Source of the DNA: Candidatus Altimarinota bacterium
GTDB taxonomy: Bacteria > Patescibacteriota > Gracilibacteria > JBDHUY01
Length of the DNA stretch: 63,010 nt
Direction of reading: 5' to 3'
Assembly (NCBI GenBank): GCA_039809385.1
Contig: JBDHUY010000013.1
Coordinates: 1 to 63,010, forward strand
The notes under the pieces are model-generated. The model was given only the letters and a program-made list of their open reading frames with translations, made no database searches and was not told where the DNA came from. Each line of letters starts with the position of its first letter. Positions within the stretch are counted from its first letter, which is position 1. The translations under genes and the position numbers were made by a program. Shown here in pieces: positions 29,210-37,648 of the stretch.

Positions 29210-31624
29210 ATGTTTTTAGCGTTTCTCGATCTGGAAACGACCGGTCTGCACCCCGAATACGGCGACAAAATCATCGAAATTGCCATTGTACGGTATCGTT
29301 TTGATCCTGTCGCCGGCATAATGGAACAAGAGCAACGCCTGGATACCCTGATTAACCCGGGCATAGAGATTGATGAGAAGATTAGCTTTATTACCGGAAT
29401 TCATCAAAAAGACGTACAAGACGCAGCTTCATTTGAAACGATTCGCTCAGATGTGGAAGAGTTATTAAAGGACAGTCTGGTAATCGGACACAACATTGCG
29501 TTTGACCTGGGGTTTCTGGCGAGCTACGGCATCAAGCATTCGGACAGCCTGGATACGCTCGACCTGGCTTTTCTGTTTGAGGCGGGACAGGGATCATTGA
29601 GTCTGGAAAGCCTGAGCAGCAAATACGACATTGCCCACAACTCGCACCGGGCTCTCGGGGACGTTTTGGCTACCCAAAAACTGTTTGAGCTGTATGTAAA
29701 AAAAAGCCGCGAAATGCGCGCTCCGCAACGCAAAGTTGTAGAGTTCATCTTAGAAAAGAGCGAGTGGAAGGGGAAAATATTATTGGATGTAAAAAATGCT
29801 TCCGAAAAATCCGGAGATATCGAGATTAGAACGCTCCTTGCTCACAGCTTGCCGGTTCGCGAGGAAAAAGCTGTTCAGCCGACTGTCCTCTCCCCTACCC
29901 AAACAAAAATAACGGCGGCTCTCGGACAAGTATGGAATAATCCCGGGAACACGCTGGTGACGTTCTTTCCCGAACACGCAGAATGGGACGCGATCTTTCA
30001 TAGCATAGCTGCAAAAAGAACAGAAGGGAAAACGCTCTTGGTAGTTCCATTTATTACCGAACAGCTGCACCAAACTATCCAGACCCAGGGCTTGGAGAAG
30101 ATACTATGCCCCTTTAACAGCGCCTCAGCGCTGGTATCGCTGCGAAAAGTTGAACAGGAACTACTACGACGTACTTCGTTCGATACAAAAGAGACTCTTT
30201 TTTTCTTAAAAATAGTATTATGGCTGCAGGAAACCGAAACCGGACTGCTCAATGAAATACGTTTTCCCATGCCGTTATTGGGAGCAAAAGCGCTGGTTCC
30301 TACTATACAGGCAGCAACGCAAGAGCAGGAAGAACCCTTTGTCGTACGTTTTGAAGAAAATCTAAAGAAGGCTGATGCCGTCGTCGTCAGCGCCCGCGAT
30401 CTCTTTAGCAACATCGATGCGCTCGATCTGACATCTTACCAACGACTTCTCATCGCAAAGGCTGAACGGCTGGAGGAGACGTTACTGTCGGCTACTACCG
30501 ACCGACTCCAGCTTGAGTATGCGCAACGTATGGTAGACGATCTGGCAGCCGGACAATCGCCCGAACAGATGGGGCAGATGCGTTCCTCTCTCACCTTTCT
30601 GTTTGCCTACCTGGGCATGTATGCCCGGCAATTCGAACAAAACGAAACCGGATTTACTGAAATAACCGTCGAACCAGGTCAAACCGGTACGTTAGCGTTT
30701 CAAAAAGTTCTGGCTGCTACTGAGAGCCTGATCAGTGGAATCGCAGCAATCGAAAAAACGGGCCAAGAAAATGCGAGAAAAGCAGACTGGCTACAAGGAA
30801 TGCTCCGAGACCTGGTTGCAGGTTCTTCGAATCAACGCTTGATGACAGTTTCTGTAAATACGAAAAACGAAGAGGTCGCGCTGCAGCGTATGCGTCTCGA
30901 CATCGAAGAGATCCTGCAAGAACGTCTGGGCCGTTTTGAAAGCGTCATTTTTCTGTCACGTCCCGGTATTTCACTGCAACAACAACTTAATGTGGATTTT
31001 ACTCATACGCTGGACATATCCGACCGGGCGATTTCCGATACGGGTTATCGGCTCGTTTCTGATCTGCGTCCCGATGCGAGTTTTGGGTATCAGAAACGTT
31101 TGCTGGAGCGTTTACACCAACTGATAGCGGAAACATCGCAGAGCATGATCTGGCTGGTTAGTTCGGCGATTTTGATCGACCAGGTGAGTCTGAGTATTGC
31201 GGCGAAATGCCAAGAACGGGAGATTCGACTGATTCCCCAAAAAACGGGCGGGAGCGACGCCAAGATCCGGCAAAAATATCTCGAAGCGCGGGGAGGACGC
31301 AGTATTCTGATCTGTACGCCGGATTTTTTCTGTAAATTGGATCCGGCGTCCATTCACAGCCCGATCATTGTCCTTCAAAAACTGCCGTTTGCGTTTACGG
31401 GGCAGCTCGTCGATATCGAGCGGAAAAAGAAGTACCAAAACGAGTTTACCGACTACGCGCTCCCCAAAAGTCTGGTGCGCTTCGGGGATATTATCGGACA
31501 GATTGAGCAGATTCCGTTGCAGGAGAAACAGGTGATCGTACTGGACAACAAGATCATTTCACCTCAATACGGGAAGGAGTTTCAGGCGATATTGCCGGAT
31601 CAAAATAAAATTTCGATTGAGTAG
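29210..31624 (+). CDS. DnaQ-like DEDDh exonuclease fused to a degenerate DinG-like helicase
   Basis: FLDLETTG, GHNIAFD, HRALGD intact; C-terminal IVLQKLPF..VIVLDNKI DinG-like, but the Walker A/DEAH motifs are eroded. Confidence 0.85.
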   Translation: MFLAFLDLETTGLHPEYGDKIIEIAIVRYRFDPVAGIMEQEQRLDTLINPGIEIDEKISFITGIHQKDVQDAASFETIRSDVEELLKDSLVIGHNIAFDLGFLASYGIKHSDSLDTLDLAFLFEAGQGSLSLESLSSKYDIAHNSHRALGDVLATQKLFELYVKKSREMRAPQRKVVEFILEKSEWKGKILLDVKNASEKSGDIEIRTLLAHSLPVREEKAVQPTVLSPTQTKITAALGQVWNNPGNTLVTFFPEHAEWDAIFHSIAAKRTEGKTLLVVPFITEQLHQTIQTQGLEKILCPFNSASALVSLRKVEQELLRRTSFDTKETLFFLKIVLWLQETETGLLNEIRFPMPLLGAKALVPTIQAATQEQEEPFVVRFEENLKKADAVVVSARDLFSNIDALDLTSYQRLLIAKAERLEETLLSATTDRLQLEYAQRMVDDLAAGQSPEQMGQMRSSLTFLFAYLGMYARQFEQNETGFTEITVEPGQTGTLAFQKVLAATESLISGIAAIEKTGQENARKADWLQGMLRDLVAGSSNQRLMTVSVNTKNEEVALQRMRLDIEEILQERLGRFESVIFLSRPGISLQQQLNVDFTHTLDISDRAISDTGYRLVSDLRPDASFGYQKRLLERLHQLIAETSQSMIWLVSSAILIDQVSLSIAAKCQEREIRLIPQKTGGSDAKIRQKYLEARGGRSILICTPDFFCKLDPASIHSPIIVLQKLPFAFTGQLVDIERKKKYQNEFTDYALPKSLVRFGDIIGQIEQIPLQEKQVIVLDNKIISPQYGKEFQAILPDQNKISIE

Positions 31625-31666
31625 CTTCCGGATACGCCAGATCGGAGAAATACCTAAAAATCGTAT

Positions 31667-32311
31667 TTATTCAGATTTCGGAAGATACTGTAACAAATAT
31701 TCGGGGTGTGTCAGAAAACCGATATAGAGTTCCCGCAGGGAATTTTGTACGACTTCGGAAAGATTGTACGTATCGATCAGCTTCATAAAGGTATCGCTCA
31801 TCGATTTGTCGGGACCATTCTTTTTTATTTGATCCTGAAGTTTTTTTTGCATATCGGACGGGAGATTTTCGGTGAGTGTGGTCACAGTCTGCACATCAAA
31901 CTCGTGTTCGACGGCTTCTTTAAGAAGTTGTTTTTCTTCGGGCAGCAACAACCGGAAAACTTCACTTTGTAAGATATACTCGATCATTTGGTCGAAATCT
32001 TCGATCATATATTCGGTAAAGACCGCTTGTATCTCTTCCATGATAAAGGGTACCAGCTCGGGATTTTCCTGTAAAAATCGGGCGAACACTTCCTGCATGC
32101 GTTTCTCGTTACCCGTCGATTTGAGGTCTGTAAATAATTGTTCCTCTTGTTGTTCGGGAGCGACGCGAACGATTCGTTCAAAGACTCTCTGCTGAAAGAC
32201 ACGCAGGATATCCATACGCGTTTGATCATTGTCGTCAAGTTTATTGTGGGCAATAATCACGCTTATCAATTCGTCAATAGTCATTCCCTGGTATTTTTTG
32301 GTATCAATCAT
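31667..32311 (-). CDS. Hypothetical helical protein with an internal two-fold repeat
   Basis: Both halves share the pattern L..E/D.Q...L.......V...I...P...Q..L. Confidence 0.7.
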   Translation of the reverse strand: MIDTKKYQGMTIDELISVIIAHNKLDDNDQTRMDILRVFQQRVFERIVRVAPEQQEEQLFTDLKSTGNEKRMQEVFARFLQENPELVPFIMEEIQAVFTEYMIEDFDQMIEYILQSEVFRLLLPEEKQLLKEAVEHEFDVQTVTTLTENLPSDMQKKLQDQIKKNGPDKSMSDTFMKLIDTYNLSEVVQNSLRELYIGFLTHPEYLLQYLPKSE

Positions 32312-32326
32312 AATGCTGTTAATTGA

Positions 32327-35248
32327 CTAGGCCAATTCGCCAAAACGAACTTTGTTTATAATGCCATTATTGTTAAACGTAGCCCATTTCGCAAATCGTT
32401 TTATGAGTTTTTCCTGTTTGTAAGTTTTTCCGCGTAATGTATCCGCAAGTAACAGGACAAGAGAAATTCCAACTCGAAGGCCGAAAAAAGAAAAGAGCGT
32501 TGTAATACCGATCACTCCCAATGCTACCCGTTTAATAAGTTCCGCGCCGGTTTTGGTATAACTCCACGATTTTGCTGCCGCTTCTTTTGCTAATTCGGAA
32601 ACTTTGTCTTTTCCTCCTACAAATCCTTTTTTCCAGACAGTTTCGTGCAGAAATTTTTTACCGACCCCGTCCAAAATACCCTTATCCCAAACTGTGTCTT
32701 TTATTTTTGCCCCAACTTCAACGCTTTTATCTCTTAAGTATTTCAACGCAGAACCGACTCGACCTCTTACGGTATTTTTGCTCAATTTTTGCTGAAATTC
32801 TGTATGGGATTTTGCAGCCAGCTGATCTCCGCTTTTCCTTTCCATTTCAAGTGTCGTCAACAGATCCTGCACAGTATTGTTATATTCATCGGGTTCTTCC
32901 ACGGATTTCAGCCGATTCCACAATACGTCTTTTTCAACGTAGGCCAGAGCTCGGCGCAGATTCTCAGCAAAGCGGAAAACTTCGACGGCTTTATACCGGG
33001 AAAAACTGTCAGCCAGTTTTCTTTCCGTCAAACGGTAGAAGAGTTCATAAGCCTGTGCCCTATCTATACCTCCTTTTTCTTTGCCTAATACTAAAAGATT
33101 AATAATATCCCGCATACTGCCAGATTGTACAAAATCTCCAATACCTTGCCACCCTTGAACGGATAAACGTCGGTAGAAAAGCGGATTGGAAATCTTATCT
33201 GTATCAATATTGGCAAACGAAAAGGCGGTTTGTAAAAGATTGGAAACCGAGACACTGAATTGCATCGTATTTTCTTGCGGTCCGGCCAGATTTCCAAATG
33301 GATATACTCGTTTCACAAAAGTACGTGCAGCATGTTTAAGATAGCCAAATAAGCCCTTTTCCATCTCGAGTTGGGCATTTTCGGTTGTTTTATAGTGGGC
33401 AAGCTTCTGTTGAATATCTTCCTCGCAAATCTGATCAATCATCCGCATTCCGGAAACGCCGTGGAGCGGCATCAAATCATACGGAGGTAACCCGTCCGCA
33501 GCTCGTTCAACGGTCAAATGATATTTCTCGACCTGAAGCATAAAGGCCTCCATCGTCATATTAGGCTGCAGGTCGGCAATTTTGGTCTGGCCTTCTTTGA
33601 ATCTGGACAGGTTTTTGGCCCACTTGTTCGAAATTCCCAGAGCTCCGTTGAGGAATCCAACAGTCGAATCATTACGATCATCTATCGCATGAGCAGGATT
33701 CTGATCATCCGGAAGATTGCCAGTAATTTCGAGCTCTCTGGTCATAGCTACGACCAAAGCGTCGGACTGTTTTTGTGCGTCAGGGTTAGCTTGTATGATT
33801 TGTTGATACGGCGCCTGTCCTAAAATAGTTCTAAAAATCTCAGCCGATACATCCTTAATACGAATGTCTCGCAATTCCGAGGTAAAATTATTCAGTGTTA
33901 CCGGGTAGGTACTTTGCGCATCCCGGATTTCATCTAACGACGTGGCTTCCTGAGTCAGGAACGCCTGATAGCGATTACTCAGCTCAATGATAACGTTTTG
34001 CGGTGTTCCCGGAGTATTGAGAGCCTGCATATACGTCTGATATGAGCGTTGTTTTTCTATTTTTGCCGATTTTAATTTTTCAAAGGCAAAATGATATTTA
34101 TTTCTCAGTTTGATGAGCTGATCGATAAGATCTTTGAGCGTATTGATGCCCTCATTGAGTTTGCCGCGCTGCACATCATCGCTGGGTATGCCTTCGGCTC
34201 CTTGATAAAAGGCTTCCAGATCTGCCAAAAAATCACCGTTTAATGAACGTCCTTTGAGTTCGATATTATTAGCTTTCCCCAGGAATTTGCTGGCATGAGA
34301 ATCGATCATTCTCCGCAAGATAGTAAGATATCGGCGATGATCTTCGTACGAAATCTGCGGAACGTATTTTTTGAGCCATTGTTCGAGTGTACGCCCTTTC
34401 AGCGATTCTATCTTGGCCGGACTGGCATTCTGTACTGTATTGTCGGCCTGAGAATAAACACGCATATATTCGGTCACAATCAGGCTATACGCCCGCCAAG
34501 CCGGATGGGCGATAATTTCGTCCTGTATCCGCATCTTTTCCGCCTGAAAATCGGTTTCGGTCAGATTATGCTGAAGGAATTTTTGCTTTGCATCAGCCAA
34601 TACTCTTTCAAGACAGGTGGTGGGTAATTCAGTCGAGAAATAAGACTGGCTAAAATCGATCTCAAAGTCGTCACTGGGAAGCTGTACGTTTCTGTATTGT
34701 GAAAACAAGGAGATTCCGACTTTACCAAGAGATTTGGTCATTTCTCCCAGATTGCTTGGATTTTTGGGAATCTTGAGCATGAATTCGCGCATCCTGGTCG
34801 AAAAATCGATATTTCCTTTCTGGGCTTTGTTAAACATCCGCGCTCCTAAACTACGACCGCCTTCAATCGAGTCGGTGATACCGGCCTGGATCAGATTGCC
34901 AACCTGTTGCATCGTCAGGTGGTGAAAATCGAGCCGGTTTTGATCGACGTTCAACTTTCCCCGAAATACTTCTTTAAAGTTATCGGCTTGAGGAAGCTTA
35001 TTCAGACCTCGCGAGCGTGTGAACAACTCCATATTGCGTACGGAGATATTCCAGTAATTTCTGTTTTGTACGAATAAAAAGCGGTCGGTCTCACTGGCGC
35101 CGAATTCGGTACCCCGGGCGCCGGGCTCGGATTCCTGTACGGCTTGCTGAATCTCCGGCACTTCTATTTTTCCGGTGAATGTGCCGTCTTTGTCCAGAAG
35201 GAAAACAAATCGACGATGTCTATGGTGAGAGAAACAAGGCAGATACAT
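32327..35248 (-). CDS. Large helical/coiled-coil hypothetical protein with C-terminal hydrophobic segment
   Basis: 973-aa ORF; C-terminal VALGVIGITTLFSFFGLRVGISLVLLL. Confidence 0.8.
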   Translation of the reverse strand: MYLPCFSHHRHRRFVFLLDKDGTFTGKIEVPEIQQAVQESEPGARGTEFGASETDRFLFVQNRNYWNISVRNMELFTRSRGLNKLPQADNFKEVFRGKLNVDQNRLDFHHLTMQQVGNLIQAGITDSIEGGRSLGARMFNKAQKGNIDFSTRMREFMLKIPKNPSNLGEMTKSLGKVGISLFSQYRNVQLPSDDFEIDFSQSYFSTELPTTCLERVLADAKQKFLQHNLTETDFQAEKMRIQDEIIAHPAWRAYSLIVTEYMRVYSQADNTVQNASPAKIESLKGRTLEQWLKKYVPQISYEDHRRYLTILRRMIDSHASKFLGKANNIELKGRSLNGDFLADLEAFYQGAEGIPSDDVQRGKLNEGINTLKDLIDQLIKLRNKYHFAFEKLKSAKIEKQRSYQTYMQALNTPGTPQNVIIELSNRYQAFLTQEATSLDEIRDAQSTYPVTLNNFTSELRDIRIKDVSAEIFRTILGQAPYQQIIQANPDAQKQSDALVVAMTRELEITGNLPDDQNPAHAIDDRNDSTVGFLNGALGISNKWAKNLSRFKEGQTKIADLQPNMTMEAFMLQVEKYHLTVERAADGLPPYDLMPLHGVSGMRMIDQICEEDIQQKLAHYKTTENAQLEMEKGLFGYLKHAARTFVKRVYPFGNLAGPQENTMQFSVSVSNLLQTAFSFANIDTDKISNPLFYRRLSVQGWQGIGDFVQSGSMRDIINLLVLGKEKGGIDRAQAYELFYRLTERKLADSFSRYKAVEVFRFAENLRRALAYVEKDVLWNRLKSVEEPDEYNNTVQDLLTTLEMERKSGDQLAAKSHTEFQQKLSKNTVRGRVGSALKYLRDKSVEVGAKIKDTVWDKGILDGVGKKFLHETVWKKGFVGGKDKVSELAKEAAAKSWSYTKTGAELIKRVALGVIGITTLFSFFGLRVGISLVLLLADTLRGKTYKQEKLIKRFAKWATFNNNGIINKVRFGELA

Positions 35249-35508
35249 ATCGCAAAATAATTCTTATGAGTATACCATAAATGTTTAAAATAACCTATAT
35301 CAGACGCAGGAAGACGTACGAAAACGAGACAAAAGGAATTGCCATATATTTATTTTAGTATTTGATACTATTACACTCACAAAAAAAGGCAATAGTTCTT
35401 ATAGTACAGTGAACCGTTACCTATTAATAAAATCTTCCTAAAATAAATTGACTTTTTCTATTCTACAACTAGGATAAAAACACAGATTTTTATCCTAAAT
35501 TAAGGATC

Positions 35509-36123
35509 ATGATGAACATTGAAAAAAGACTACCTGGTAGTGATACTTACGACTCTATAACGAAGATAGCCCCCCCAACTGTGGTCATTGCCGGACCAGA
35601 CTATAAAGCCGAAATTGCAGAATTACTCGAGACATTTTTTTCTGAGGCAGGAATACAATCTGTCAATCTACATACTGACACATTAACAGCAGATCAAGTT
35701 GCTCAAGCCATTCATCCCATCAGAAAAGGATCTTTCTCCCCAACAGCAATACTTATTACCGGAAATCGAACACAATCAACGTTCTCACACTTAACAGAAC
35801 CAGGAAGTAACACGCTAGGAGAAGGTATAGGTGAAGATACGGTACGGGAGATACTAAAACTTTTCGTTATGGAAGAACTAAGTATCCCCCTTTTATTTTT
35901 ACTGAGTGGTGGAATACTCGAAAGAGAGGTTGATACGATTAAACAAAGAATTATAAACTCTATCCCACACCGGACAGCGAACAAAGCAGAATTATACAAG
36001 CAAATAATAATTCTGAATGAAATGGTAACTCATCCTACATTGAAAGCAATCACAGAAGAAATACGCAACAAGTGTTACGGTAATAACGATGTTATCGACA
36101 TACCGTATTCTGAAATTTCATAA
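35509..36123 (+). CDS. Hypothetical protein
   Basis: 204-aa ORF with AAGGA RBS and TTGACT promoter upstream. Confidence 0.6.
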   Translation: MMNIEKRLPGSDTYDSITKIAPPTVVIAGPDYKAEIAELLETFFSEAGIQSVNLHTDTLTADQVAQAIHPIRKGSFSPTAILITGNRTQSTFSHLTEPGSNTLGEGIGEDTVREILKLFVMEELSIPLLFLLSGGILEREVDTIKQRIINSIPHRTANKAELYKQIIILNEMVTHPTLKAITEEIRNKCYGNNDVIDIPYSEIS

Positions 36124-36215
36124 AACATAACACAACGCAGGAACAACTTGAATGTTGTCACAGTCAGACAATCTAGGGTACAATAGAATAGTACCTTCTT
36201 TGTATGTGCTTGGCT

Positions 36216-36926
36216 ATGACCGATTTCCATTCTCAAAACAACCTGAATGCCCTCATCTTCGACCTCGACGGCACCCTGACCTTGACGCAGCATTTTCACT
36301 ATGAAGCCTTTACCCGCGTCTTCGGGAAAGCGGGACTGCGCTATACCCAGGAAGATGATCAGAATTTTGCCGGAAAAGGCTCGCGCTCAATTTTTCCCGA
36401 GTTCTTTTTGAAACACGGCAGAACGCTAACCGAATCAGAAGTCGAGGATTTTTCAAAACAAAAAGCCGAAATATATAAACAAATTCTGAAAAGTTCTGAG
36501 GTTAAGGAAGTACCTGGAGCCCGCGATTTTGTACGGAGAATGAAAGAACGCGGACTGAAAATCGCCATCGGCACGGGAAACAAACCCTATGTCATCGATT
36601 ATATATTGCAAAAAACCGGTATGACCGAGTTTATCGATGTTATCTTAGCCAATAAATACGTCAAACACTCAAAACCCGATCCGGAAATGTTCCTGATGGC
36701 CGCCCACCGCTTAAACACCCTGCCGCAAGAGTGTCTGGTATTTGAAGACGCGGTCAATGGAATAGAAGCGGCCCGGCTCGCCGGTATGACTTCCATCGGC
36801 CTAACCACCGGCGTAGGAGCAGAAAAACTTCTGGCAACAGGAGCAATCGCCACGATCCAAAGCTACAATGAGGTAACAGATGAGGTATTAACCAATATTG
36901 CCGAATCTATCAAATCAAAAGAATAA
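36216..36926 (+). CDS. HAD-family phosphatase (beta-PGM/CbbY-like)
   Basis: FDLDGTL, SKPDPEMF, VFEDAVNGIEAA. Confidence 0.92.
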   Translation: MTDFHSQNNLNALIFDLDGTLTLTQHFHYEAFTRVFGKAGLRYTQEDDQNFAGKGSRSIFPEFFLKHGRTLTESEVEDFSKQKAEIYKQILKSSEVKEVPGARDFVRRMKERGLKIAIGTGNKPYVIDYILQKTGMTEFIDVILANKYVKHSKPDPEMFLMAAHRLNTLPQECLVFEDAVNGIEAARLAGMTSIGLTTGVGAEKLLATGAIATIQSYNEVTDEVLTNIAESIKSKE

Positions 36927-36962
36927 TGTGAGCTAGTATAGGCGTATTATCTGTTTGCTACA

Positions 36963-37185
36963 TCACAAACCTAAAAGCTTTTCAAGCTCGGGTTGTGTCA
37001 CAAAAGCTTGACGCAAAATAGACTTCAACGTGCCAAGCGGGATTTCTTTACGGTTTGCCGGAACAATAACCACATATTGGTCTTTTCCAAACTTTTTTTA
37101 TGAGACTTCCCGTTTGATCAACAAACACAAAGCCACATTTTAAAAGAGCCTTACAGATTTGCTGAGTAGAAAAAAGTTTAGGCAT
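36963..37185 (-). pseudogene. hicA: HicA mRNA interferase toxin, frameshifted
   Basis: MPKLFSTQQICKALLKCGFVFVDQTGSL, then a shift at the A-run (~37093-37099) to ...VVIVPANRKEIPLGTLKSILRQA; GSH is replaced by GSL. Confidence 0.8.
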
Positions 37186-37453
37186 AGATAATTAGCTGCT
37201 CCAGACGCGGACGCGTAATGGATACGACATTACGACGTTTGGCAATCGGTTCGTCTCGAAAATATAACGCCAGGGCATCTTGTAACATTGCTACTGCCTC
37301 TGGTTCGTTTTTCCCAAAACTACTAACATCTACTTCCAAACATTGTGCAATATAATATTCCCCTTCTTGATATATCACAGTATTCAATTGAAGCGGAACC
37401 ACCGCGGAGTTTTTTTTACTACGCTGTAAAGTCATTTTCATATGATACTCCAT
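37178..37453 (-). CDS. hicB: HicB-like antitoxin
   Basis: VIYQEGEYYIAQCLEVDVSSFGKNEPEAVAMLQDALALY; overlaps the hicA start. Confidence 0.85.
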   Translation of the reverse strand: MEYHMKMTLQRSKKNSAVVPLQLNTVIYQEGEYYIAQCLEVDVSSFGKNEPEAVAMLQDALALYFRDEPIAKRRNVVSITRPRLEQLIIYA

Positions 37454-37648
37454 AAAGCATATATACTACCTGTATTTTAGATTGAACATAGAGATAAATC
37501 GACAAGAGTTCTCTTATCAAAAAGGTGAAAACAGCATATTTTTAAAACATACCAGTATACGGTAATCAGGCAGAGTTCTCTTTCCAAAACAGGCCCAAAG
37601 ACCGTATAATGAAAAGAGCATCTTTGATTTTTCTAAAACACAAACTCT

